Source: an uncultured Candidatus Saccharibacteria bacterium (GTDB taxonomy: Bacteria > Patescibacteriota > Saccharimonadia > Saccharimonadales > CAZNVG01). From it: a stretch of DNA of 55,690 nucleotides. The stretch lies in the NCBI GenBank assembly GCA_964576475.1, contig CAZNVG010000005.1, positions 1 to 55,690 of the forward strand, given 5' to 3'. The position numbers and the translations under genes were made by a program. Each line of letters begins with the position of its first letter. Position 1 is the stretch's first letter. Under the pieces are notes generated by a model. The model was not told the DNA's origin, did not search any database, and worked only from the letters and a program-made list of their open reading frames with translations. Positions 1 through 7,897 of the stretch are shown piece after piece.

Positions 1-834
1 TTCATCACCAGGTAGTGCAACGTTCATTCCATAGAGTCCTGCGAGCATTGTCGGGATTGTGAGTGCAAGCGTAATCACTGTCAGTAATCGAATAGTTTCG
101 TTAAGACGTGTATCCATGACGGCACGGTATGAATCCCGCACATTGGTGATTGTTCGCAGTAAGCTCTTGCTACGCGTAATAACCTGCTGAAACTCAATAA
201 CGAGGTCCTCAACCAAATCTCGGTCGTCCTCGAAAAGCTTAATGAGATGACCGCTGAGAAGTCGCTCGATTATGTCGTTAGTAGGAAACAGTGCATCGAG
301 ATAATCGTTAAGTTTGCGTTCGTATTCGACGAAGATGGATATATCGCCCGGGCGCAAACGTGTAATATCGCTGGTTGCAGCTCTCATTTGACGGTTGATA
401 GTAGCAACTTTTGATTGGTATTCGAACACGATCGATTCCAGCATCTGCAGCATGGTTCTGCTCTGCATAGTTGTTGCAATTTCTGTTTTATCAATAAATG
501 GCTGCCATAAACGGCTCAAGGATTCTTGGGAGAGTGTCACAATATACTTGGGCTTTATGATGAATAGGATTGGTGTAGTGAAATCGTTGAAGTCGTCATC
601 TGTGTCTGGCAATCGAGACATGAAATATAATGTATCGCCAACTGTTTCGACTCGTGGAACTTCATGAGGATCGAGTGCGTCAGTAACGATGTCGGGGTCT
701 AGCGAAAACTGCGTAATAATTGATGCGACCTCATCGGGAGTTGGGCGTTCGACTCGAACCCAACTTCCTTCCTGAAGGTCGGCAATCTTAGTGGCTTTGG
801 GCGACTTGCCCGAACTGTGATAATACTGAATCAT
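1..834 (-). CDS. corA: CorA-family Mg2+/Co2+ transporter (C-terminus runs off the window)
   Basis: Hand translation of the minus strand from ATG at 834 is open to position 1: MIQYYHSSGK...DALDPHEVPRVE...RLNETIRLLTVITLALTIPTMLAGLYGMNVALPGDE. Contains the CorA GMN signature after TM1. Missing from the ORF track because it is truncated. Confidence 0.88.
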   Translation of the reverse strand, partial: MIQYYHSSGKSPKATKIADLQEGSWVRVERPTPDEVASIITQFSLDPDIVTDALDPHEVPRVETVGDTLYFMSRLPDTDDDFNDFTTPILFIIKPKYIVTLSQESLSRLWQPFIDKTEIATTMQSRTMLQMLESIVFEYQSKVATINRQMRAATSDITRLRPGDISIFVEYERKLNDYLDALFPTNDIIERLLSGHLIKLFEDDRDLVEDLVIEFQQVITRSKSLLRTITNVRDSYRAVMDTRLNETIRLLTVITLALTIPTMLAGLYGMNVALPGDE

Positions 835-877
835 TAATCTAAGTCTAACGCGCTCAGCTCAATGATTGAAATTAATA

Positions 878-935
878 TGGGATTGCGCGCCTGACAGTTA
901 GTACCAGAGGCACCAAAGGTCAGGCGGCAATCCCA
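878..935. terminator. Long imperfect inverted repeat downstream of the kinase/vWA/PK-like operon
   Basis: Arms TGGGATTGC(G)CGCCTGAC (878-895) and GTCAGGCGGCAATCCCA (919-935), one bulged base, 23-nt loop. Lies between the operon stop (954) and the corA start. Confidence 0.55.
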
Positions 936-953
936 CTTTTGTTCTCGTCATTC

Positions 954-1955
954 CTAGTGACGAGAGGTCGTTTTTCGTGAACCGAGCAGTCGCTCGCGCA
1001 ACGACAGCTGTACTGTCGAATTGCTAGCTACTGGCGTGTAGTCGTCGGCTACCGCCGCGAAGACGTTGACCGCGAGAGCGAGTTTGTCTTCGAGAAGGCA
1101 AAGATCATCGCAGAGCATGTATCGCTTGTATCCGATCTCTCGGAGCCAAGCAAGCTCGCTCAGATCTGCACACGACGGGCCTGGTTCGTTGACAGTGGAC
1201 AGCAGGATCCGTGAGCCGGCGACGGCGTGAGGATCTTTGCTGATGATGAGCTGTAGTGCCCGAAGAATTCGATGCTCCGGCTTCAGCTCAACAAAAAGAT
1301 CGCCGCGTGCGGCAACAAGCGTGAGATTGTCACGCTTAGAGAATTCCTGCTCGACGAAGCCGAGACCACGCTCGTTCTCGATCTTCAACCAAACCTCAGC
1401 GTTGTCGCCGACAAGCTCCAAGAACTCATCGACATCGCGCATTGATTCGGTATAAGACAAGCACCAGCGAGAAATCCCGGCTGCTTTCGCCATCTCGATT
1501 CGCTTCTTCTCCCAGTCGTTGAACTGTTCGCCTTGGAGGACGAACGAGCTGTCCACGACATGAAGTGATTCTCCTGATCGGACCAGATGTTGAGGTCCGC
1601 CCAAGAAAACCAAGCGAGTGCCGTCCACCACACGGTCAAGCAGCGCACCATCATTGCCGGCCTTGAAAAGCACCAGCGAGTCGGGTTGCGCTGCGATTGG
1701 GTGGTTGATGATGATCTCGAGATGATCACCGCAGTCGATTGCTTCCAGTACACGAAGCTGGCGACCCTTGACGTCGAAAAACGTCTCAGGTGGAGCCGGC
1801 CCCGTGGACAGAAGATCGAACTCCGTCTGCAGTTCTGCTTCGCTCAGCATGGGCGTGTTCAGTCGAACGCCTTGGATACGAGGATCCTTAGCAAAGCGAC
1901 CAAAATAACTCATGCTTGGAAGCAATGTGCAGTACAGCTGTAGATCTGGGTTCAT
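954..1955 (-). CDS. Pyruvate-kinase-like TIM-barrel protein (A and B domains only, no C-terminal allosteric domain)
   Basis: PK motifs recognisable: RLN (RLNTPM vs RLNFSHG), DVKGRQLR (DxKGPxIR), LKIEN (KIE), AARGDLFVE (ARGDLGVE), SRILLS (TQMLES). 333 aa is far shorter than a canonical Pyk. Confidence 0.75.
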   Translation of the reverse strand: MNPDLQLYCTLLPSMSYFGRFAKDPRIQGVRLNTPMLSEAELQTEFDLLSTGPAPPETFFDVKGRQLRVLEAIDCGDHLEIIINHPIAAQPDSLVLFKAGNDGALLDRVVDGTRLVFLGGPQHLVRSGESLHVVDSSFVLQGEQFNDWEKKRIEMAKAAGISRWCLSYTESMRDVDEFLELVGDNAEVWLKIENERGLGFVEQEFSKRDNLTLVAARGDLFVELKPEHRILRALQLIISKDPHAVAGSRILLSTVNEPGPSCADLSELAWLREIGYKRYMLCDDLCLLEDKLALAVNVFAAVADDYTPVASNSTVQLSLRERLLGSRKTTSRH

Positions 1956-1964
1956 GGTCCGTCC

Positions 1965-2957
1965 CTACGCCAGGGGTGTCGAGGCGTCGCCGTCTCCCAG
2001 ATCCTTCAGCATCACCGAATTGCCGCTGCGAAGTGCCTTGCGCGAACCGGCCGTCACCGCGTGGATCGTCTCGAGAGACTTGTACACGGTCTTGACCTGT
2101 CCTGGCTTCTGTCGACCCTCGATCTCCTCTCGGAAGTCGTCGATTCGATCGACTTCTGCCGCGAGGATGCCGAAGATCACATCGACGACGCGGTTGGGGT
2201 CGGGGAGCATGGCGATGTGGCTCTCGCCAACCAGCGGCACCCACTTGTCGTGAGCTCGCTTGGTCTCACCATTCCACGAGTTCCCTGAGCCGGCATCGCT
2301 GCTGCCATATGGCTTCTGGATGAAGTAGACGGATGCGGTTCGCTGCAACTCGGCGAAGACCTGCTTGGTCGTGAGCGAGCGGTCGAGCTTGACGCATGCG
2401 TACTTGGCAGCGTGCTCGACACTGACTGAGTCGAAGCACGGCTCGTCACCGATGAAGATGACGATGGGCTCTGCCATGGCACTGACGCTCAGGTTGTGAG
2501 CGAAGTACAGCGCTGCGAGTTCGTACGTCTCTCCACCGTTACCGCCACCCTTGTTCTCGATGGTCAGCTGCTTGAGTCGGACCTCAAGGTCCTTGCCGGT
2601 GGCGAAGGGTCGAACCTGCAGTGCGTAGGTCTCGTTCTTGTGCGCATCGCCGATCGCCGCGAAGCAGATCTCAGCGTCGTCGCCCAGGTAGTCCCGCACC
2701 TCATGGTCGAGATACGGCAACTTGGAGAACATCGTCGCCGGCCAGTCACCCATCGAGGATGTCTCGTCGATGACGATGATCAGTGGACGCTGCGCCTTGG
2801 ATGACACCTTCTTCTCTCGCTTGGAGTCGAGGGAGGCACCGCTGTCGACCGCTTCTTGGTAGCTACTGCTGACGTGTTGATCGTAACGCGCTCGTGCGCG
2901 TTGGAAGTCATGCCCCTGCCATTGTGGGGCTGGGACATAGTCGTGTGATTCACTCAC
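1965..2957 (-). CDS. von Willebrand factor A (vWA) domain protein
   Basis: MIDAS motif IIVIDETSSMG (DxTxS), GGGNGGE loop, VIFIGDEP. GTG start with AAGGAG SD. Confidence 0.85.
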   Translation of the reverse strand: MSESHDYVPAPQWQGHDFQRARARYDQHVSSSYQEAVDSGASLDSKREKKVSSKAQRPLIIVIDETSSMGDWPATMFSKLPYLDHEVRDYLGDDAEICFAAIGDAHKNETYALQVRPFATGKDLEVRLKQLTIENKGGGNGGETYELAALYFAHNLSVSAMAEPIVIFIGDEPCFDSVSVEHAAKYACVKLDRSLTTKQVFAELQRTASVYFIQKPYGSSDAGSGNSWNGETKRAHDKWVPLVGESHIAMLPDPNRVVDVIFGILAAEVDRIDDFREEIEGRQKPGQVKTVYKSLETIHAVTAGSRKALRSGNSVMLKDLGDGDASTPLA

Positions 2958-2981
2958 GTGATTCTCCTTGGTTGGTTCGGA

Positions 2982-4004
2982 CTAAGACTTGATCTTCTTG
3001 TGACGGATTGGCTTCATGCCAGAGCGACGACGACCAAACGATGCCTGGCGGGCAGCGATCAGTGTGTCGTCGAGAGTTTCGGTCGACCAATTCGGTCGGT
3101 CGAGAGGGTTGGTCTTCAGCAACCTTCGAAGTAGATCGCACAATGGGTCTGGAAGATCGCTTGGGACTCGACGACGAGCAACTGCTTCCAGGTCGTTGCT
3201 AAACGCAAACAGCATGGTTGCTGCCAGCGAGTAGAAGTCGGATTCTGGAATCAGCGGCAAGCCTTTCTTCGATTCCGGGGAGCCGAAGTGTGGTGTGTAG
3301 CCGAGGCTTGCTGCTGTGTCGTCAGGGCGAACCGCTGCCAGGCCGAAGTCAACCAACACTACCTCGTGAGAGCTTGGCTGGACAATGATGTTCTTCGGCT
3401 TGAGGTCGCCGTGGATGATGCCGTTGTAGTGAAGATATTTGAGTGCATTGAGAATGCGCTCGGCAATCCACGCAACATCTTCCGCTTCGATCGGGCCCTT
3501 TTGCTCGACGAGATCGTGTAGGGTTGGCCCCTCCACGAAACCCATGACCAGCGCCACACTGCCGTCATCCAATCGGACGTAGTCACGAATGGCTGGAATG
3601 GCATGGTGGCGGAGGTCCCACATGGCTTGTGCCTCGTGGCTCATCACTTCTTCGTATTCCGGGGAGATCTGCTTGGCGTGTTTGATGCACACAAAACTAC
3701 CCGGCAACTCGATGTGCTCTGCCTTGTAGGTGACACCGATTGCCCCCTCGGCGATCTTGTTCACGATCCGATACTTGCCTCCAATCAATCCGCCGGGCGG
3801 ATGGATGAGAGTGCTGTCGTACTCGGATCGCTTGTCTGGATCGGTCAGGATGCTGTGCGCGTCGTTGACTCGAGCGGCCATGGCTGCGTGCTTGGAACTG
3901 TGATCCGGATGGATCTTCTTCATGCGTGCACGATACGCCGCTTCGATCACCTCGGGGCTTGCTGTTGGCAGAACCTCGAGGACCTGATAGTGCGTGAGGC
4001 CCAT
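2982..4004 (-). CDS. DnaJ (J-domain)-Ser/Thr protein kinase fusion
   Basis: Start moved to ATG 4004 (AAGGAG SD upstream). J-domain THYQVLEV...HPD...LTDPDKRSEYD is followed by Hanks kinase motifs IAEGAIGVTYKA, CIK, HGDLKPKN, DFGLA, SPE, DFYSL. Confidence 0.9.
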   Translation of the reverse strand: MGLTHYQVLEVLPTASPEVIEAAYRARMKKIHPDHSSKHAAMAARVNDAHSILTDPDKRSEYDSTLIHPPGGLIGGKYRIVNKIAEGAIGVTYKAEHIELPGSFVCIKHAKQISPEYEEVMSHEAQAMWDLRHHAIPAIRDYVRLDDGSVALVMGFVEGPTLHDLVEQKGPIEAEDVAWIAERILNALKYLHYNGIIHGDLKPKNIIVQPSSHEVVLVDFGLAAVRPDDTAASLGYTPHFGSPESKKGLPLIPESDFYSLAATMLFAFSNDLEAVARRRVPSDLPDPLCDLLRRLLKTNPLDRPNWSTETLDDTLIAARQASFGRRRSGMKPIRHKKIKS

Positions 4005-4396
4005 TCGGGATACTCCTTGTCTGTTGTCGGTTTTGAAAAACGATGTAAACGAACTACCTACGATGTTAGTCTCGACGCTGTTTTGCGCACGCAGTTCTAT
4101 CGCCGTAAATATACTTAAATTGTACGCTCGACACTTTGTATTGCCATGAGCATTACAAGCTGTATTTAGAATTTTAAGCAAACTTTCATGTTGGCTGAGT
4201 AATATCTCTAGTATCACCTTGTAAGCGTAGCCGGTGCGCAGAGGGCAAGGTGAGCAACAGTTTCGTCACAATACGGCGTATCTTGGCTGAGCAGATATGT
4301 AGAGTAAAAGTGTCAGACGGCATGAAAGACATGTACATACAGCAAAGAAAACCCCGTAGATAATGACGAGCAGTAATACACGTAAACGGAGGATAA

Positions 4397-4882
4397 ATGA
4401 GAAAGAAACTAATCGTACTCAGCGCCATTGCTGCAGTCACTGCAACGACACTTGGTGGTGTGGGTATTGTTTCTGCGCATTCGCAGCTCAATGGATCTTC
4501 TGATCTTGTAGATAAGATCGCTACAACGTTTAAGCTAGACAGGAATGAAGTGCAAAAAGTGTTTGATGAAGATCGTCAAGCACATCAAGCAGAGCGTGAA
4601 CAGGCCATGAAAGATCGTCTTTCTCAGGCTGTTAGCGACGGAACGCTTACTCAGGAACAAGCCGATAAGATAACAGCTAAACAAACTGAGATGAAAGCTT
4701 TTCGTGACACGCTAAAGGACAAGACAGATGATGAACGAAAAGCTGCCATGGACAGCAAGCGTGAGGAGCTAAAACAGTGGGCTAAAGACAACGGGATTAG
4801 CGACGAAGCTGCTCGATTCTTGGGTCCTGCCGGCGGACATGGACCGCGTGGTGAAGGTCATATGATGAAAGGGGGTATGTAG
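4397..4882 (+). CDS. Secreted/membrane-anchored helical hypothetical protein
   Basis: N-terminal signal-like segment, charged helical body (LVDKIATTFKLDRNEVQKVF; GTLTQEQADKI), G/H/M-rich tail, GGAGG SD. Confidence 0.75.
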   Translation: MRKKLIVLSAIAAVTATTLGGVGIVSAHSQLNGSSDLVDKIATTFKLDRNEVQKVFDEDRQAHQAEREQAMKDRLSQAVSDGTLTQEQADKITAKQTEMKAFRDTLKDKTDDERKAAMDSKREELKQWAKDNGISDEAARFLGPAGGHGPRGEGHMMKGGM

Positions 4883-4923
4883 AAATAGATAACGTTATAG
4901 CCTGATAACAAGCCAGCCAAAAA

Positions 4924-4965
4924 AAGAAGTCGCTCATGCTGAACCGCATACGAGCGACTTCTTTG
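4924..4965. terminator. Probable bidirectional intrinsic terminator
   Basis: 13-bp perfect arms AAAGAAGTCGCTC / GAGCGACTTCTTT, with an A-tract on the left and a T-rich end on the right, downstream of 4882. Confidence 0.7.
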
Positions 4966-4976
4966 ATATAAAAAAG

Positions 4977-5005
4977 TTGACAGGATTACAACTCTGTATG
5001 ATAAT
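4977..5005 (+). promoter_or_regulatory. sigma70-type promoter
   Basis: TTGACA (4977-4982), 17 nt, GATAAT (5000-5005). A second TATAAT lies at 5108-5113. Confidence 0.55.
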
Positions 5006-5274
5006 CCATTTACATCAGGAGACGAGCGTGCGGTCTCACCTCTCCACTGATCCGATAAAGGATTTCTACGCACGCACTTAATTGAGCATACTGAAATCTT
5101 GTATTTTTATAATCTGTTCGTCCTTCTAATCTTTGGCCGCACACGACGAGTAACGAGGTAGCGGAGTGATCATGCCGGTCTGGATGATTGTTCCGCTACT
5201 CTCGGTACCGAGTGGAGCCAGCCGCGCGACTGCCTCGCGTTTGAAAGTCTATCCAATCTGGGGATGGAGTGCTC

Positions 5275-5865
5275 ATGAAGATTCAGAAGAAGATTGTGGC
5301 GATTGCGATGTTCGCAGTCGTGGCAATGGTGGTGCCGACAGGTGCTGCTGGAGCAAGCGGTGCTGCGGCACCCAATCGGCTCATCGTGGAGCGCGCATGG
5401 TCGCACACGAAGTCGAACACTTCCAGTCAGCCGACGACATCGCGTTCGTCGTACCGATTCGCGCCGGCGGCGTGGGAGCTTGCCGAAGCGCGTGCGTCGC
5501 GTATCATCGCGGTGACTCCGATGGGTGTGGCAACCTGTGGGCGCATCACGTGCACGTTCACGTGGGATCGTGACGACTGGACGCCTCGGCTCAACCAGTG
5601 GTACGGCGGTGACTACACTGGAACGAAGGCCATCGCCGTCGGTGTGGTGGTTGGGCTCGCATGCTTGCCCTTCACCGGTCCGTATGCAGTTGTGTGTGGC
5701 GGTGTCGGTGCCATCAGTTTCTCCTACGTTCAGGAGACGCTTGCCAAGGCTGTTCGCGAACGCTCGTGCATGGCTGTGAAGTTCATCAACTGGGGTGGTG
5801 TCTGGCTGCCGTACAAGCTGGATGTTGTCCCGGTGTCGTCCTTCGATTGCTGGAGGAACTCCTGA
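5275..5865 (+). CDS. GC-rich secreted Cys-containing protein (possible bacteriocin/toxin-like)
   Basis: Sec signal MKIQKKIVAIAMFAVVAMVVPTGAAGA, CGRITCTFTWDR, Gly-rich hydrophobic segment AVGVVVGLACLPFTGPYAVVCGGVGAI, C-terminal SCMAVKF. GC3-rich codons. Confidence 0.75.
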   Translation: MKIQKKIVAIAMFAVVAMVVPTGAAGASGAAAPNRLIVERAWSHTKSNTSSQPTTSRSSYRFAPAAWELAEARASRIIAVTPMGVATCGRITCTFTWDRDDWTPRLNQWYGGDYTGTKAIAVGVVVGLACLPFTGPYAVVCGGVGAISFSYVQETLAKAVRERSCMAVKFINWGGVWLPYKLDVVPVSSFDCWRNS

Positions 5866-6035
5866 TGAGCAAGCAGATGCGACTTCTCGTCGGCATTGTG
5901 TTGGTGTTGTCCGGCCTCGTCGGCAGCGCTCTCAACGATGCACTCGTCAGCGGCAACTTCATGCTCTTCATCGTGTGTGGATGTGTCGCGCTGGGAGGTA
6001 TCGGCTTGATCGGGGTTTCGCTCCGAACTCGCTGA
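5865..6035 (+). CDS. 56-aa two-TM membrane protein, translationally coupled to the upstream gene
   Basis: TGATG stop/start overlap at 5863-5867, GGAGG SD, MSKQMRLLVGIVLVLSGLVGSALNDALVSGNFMLFIVCGCVALGGIGLIGVSLRTR. Confidence 0.75.
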   Translation: MSKQMRLLVGIVLVLSGLVGSALNDALVSGNFMLFIVCGCVALGGIGLIGVSLRTR

Positions 6036-6053
6036 TGTTCTTCAGCTAAAAAT

Positions 6054-6107
6054 GTTGTCTGGCCAGTGGCTGTGCTCGCTTTTGCGAGAACCCACTGGCC
6101 AGACAAC
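6054..6107. terminator. 16-bp perfect inverted repeat closing the GC-rich two-gene cassette
   Basis: GTTGTCTGGCCAGTGG (6054-6069) / CCACTGGCCAGACAAC (6092-6107), with inner CTCGC-TTTT-GCGAG. Confidence 0.6.
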
Positions 6108-6198
6108 GAGATTATTAAAATTAGTTTTGTTGCACTTTTATAAACAACGCATAGCATACTTAGCATCAGATTTGTTATCGTAAGGACAGAGGAGTTGT

Positions 6199-7074
6199 AT
6201 GATGATGACACCAAAGCAAATGTCCGATCGTATAGAGAGCGAGCTGTTAGCTTGTGGTCTCCCAAAGCGGGAGTTGCAAAAAGCAGAGAGTAAATACCTT
6301 ACACAAATTATTCACGAAGATGAGCACATTATTGGAGCAGTAGGTGGTATGTACGACGATTCCCTACACGCAATGTTAGTAGCCACCGATAAGCGAATCT
6401 TCTTTTTGGACTGTAAGCCAATGTACACAGTTAGCGATGAATTGACCTATGAAGTGGTTAGTGGGGTGAAGCACTCACATCATGGACCAGTAACTAGAGT
6501 GACCTTGCACTCAAGAGTCAGCGATTATTCGTTGGTGCTGACAAATAAGAACGCTGCAGATAATTTCGTACGAGCAGTTGAGACGCGTCGACTCGAGACG
6601 AACGTTTTAAACCAAGATGATAAAGAAAAACCAAAGTCAGAAATGAACCCAAAGTTAGTACTCGATGATGCGGTGGTTGCGTTTTTGCAGTCACGCGAAC
6701 TCGGAGTTTTATCGACAGTCGATAGGACAGGAGTAGTTGCTGGAGCGGCAGTGTATTATGTGCTTGCATCGGATGGTTGTGTGTATCTAATGTCACGTTC
6801 CAATACCCTTAAACTTCACAATGCGGTCGAAACGCATATGGTAGCACTGACGGTTTATGATGAGAAGATTTTGCAGACTGTTCAGCTTCAAGGACATGCA
6901 GAGATTGAGATTGATGATAAGAAAAGAGAGATGATCTTCGAGCGACTTATGCGACCAAGACCGGTTGAGGGTACAGTGTCGCTGCCGCCAATTACGAAAC
7001 AACATAGCGGCACGCCGATGATACTTCGCATTGATCCCTTTGCGGCAAAGTTTACAAACTTCCTAGAAAAATAA
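6199..7074 (+). CDS. Bacterial PH-domain / pyridoxamine-5'-phosphate-oxidase-like (FMN split barrel) fusion protein
   Basis: N-half EDEHII...MLVATDKRIFFLD is bPH-like. C-half FLQSRELGVLSTVDRTG...KLHN...VALTV...QTVQLQGHAEI is PNPOx-like. Confidence 0.7.
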   Translation: MMMTPKQMSDRIESELLACGLPKRELQKAESKYLTQIIHEDEHIIGAVGGMYDDSLHAMLVATDKRIFFLDCKPMYTVSDELTYEVVSGVKHSHHGPVTRVTLHSRVSDYSLVLTNKNAADNFVRAVETRRLETNVLNQDDKEKPKSEMNPKLVLDDAVVAFLQSRELGVLSTVDRTGVVAGAAVYYVLASDGCVYLMSRSNTLKLHNAVETHMVALTVYDEKILQTVQLQGHAEIEIDDKKREMIFERLMRPRPVEGTVSLPPITKQHSGTPMILRIDPFAAKFTNFLEK

Positions 7075-7129
7075 TCAGTGCAGATTGCCGTTAGTAGTAT
7101 GCTGAGGCAATAAGGCCTATTATAGATAC

Positions 7130-7735
7130 ATGACTCAACATGGTTTTAGTGAGGATTTGGAAAAATGGTTAAACGGTAAGCAGAAGAAAACACTGCATAG
7201 TTTAGGCGAAGTTTTTGCTGAAAAGAGCTTTGCTGTTTTGTTTCTCGTTCTTATGTTCTTCCCGTCGTTGCCTATTCCAACTGGTGGTGTAACTCATTTT
7301 GTCATGCTACCTATCGCAATGTTATTGTCGCTTGAACTTATAATAGGCCGTGACCATATTTGGCTTCCCGCCAAAGCAAAACAGCGTCGTTTGGGTGGTC
7401 TCACTGAGAAGCGAGTGTTGCCCTTTATGATGCGCAGGATTCGTTGGTTCGAAAAATTTGCACGACCTCGTTTCACTGGAATCATGACCAATCACCGGTT
7501 TGGGCAGGCTTATGGTCTGACGGTTTTGATATATGCACTTGCTGCTTTCTTTGCACCACCGTTTTCTGGACTCGATACACTACCCGCATTCGGAGTTGTC
7601 GTTATGTCCTTAGGAATAATTCTGGAAGACGGCTTGATTTACGTAATAGGTTTCATAAGTGGGGTCATTGGCATTACGCTAAGTGTTTTGTTTGGCGCTG
7701 CAATAGCTAAAGTCGTCGCCGGTATATTTACCTAA
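7130..7735 (+). CDS. exoD: ExoD-family exopolysaccharide synthesis membrane protein
   Basis: TLHSLGEVFAEKSFAVLFLVLMFFPSLPIP...QLIIGRDHIWLP...PFSGLDTLPAFGVVVMSLGIILEDG matches the ExoD pattern. Confidence 0.8.
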   Translation: MTQHGFSEDLEKWLNGKQKKTLHSLGEVFAEKSFAVLFLVLMFFPSLPIPTGGVTHFVMLPIAMLLSLELIIGRDHIWLPAKAKQRRLGGLTEKRVLPFMMRRIRWFEKFARPRFTGIMTNHRFGQAYGLTVLIYALAAFFAPPFSGLDTLPAFGVVVMSLGIILEDGLIYVIGFISGVIGITLSVLFGAAIAKVVAGIFT

Positions 7736-7792
7736 ATAAATACGGTCAAATGATCAGTTTATAAAGTTAAAGTCAGGTATGAGTGTGGGTCG

Positions 7793-7873
7793 GGGAGGGA
7801 TCGGGTGCGTGCTGGCCAAGGAGTCGAATCGTCGACGTATCCTTAGCGAGCCTTATAGCTCCCGATCCCTCCC
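7793..7873. terminator. 13-bp perfect inverted repeat downstream of the LAxTG gene
   Basis: GGGAGGGATCGGG (7793-7805) / CCCGATCCCTCCC (7861-7873). Confidence 0.5.
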
Positions 7874-7897
7874 AGCTGCGTTCCCCAGCCGCGATGT

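Noticed and set aside
395-667. Plus-strand 90-aa ORF and the many other shadow ORFs (e.g. 7957-8535, 8037-8663, 18808-19404, 26730-27188, 36379-37002, 52241-52744)
   Set aside because: They overlap well-supported genes on the opposite strand or frame. This is the expected artefact of GC3-rich or Ser/Thr-rich coding sequence.
954-1955. Assigning gene symbol pyk
   Set aside because: C-terminal domain missing, several conserved residues changed, and a non-glycolytic context.
4005-4217. N-terminal 71 aa of the 411-aa kinase ORF in the track
   Set aside because: AT-rich intergenic-like sequence. The J-domain begins at ATG 4004, which has an AAGGAG SD.
878-6107. Long hairpins as integron attC sites
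   Set aside because: They lack the RYYYAAC...GTTRRRY arrangement (6054-6107 reads GTT...AAC, the reverse order), the cassettes are not in a uniform array, and no integrase is in the window.
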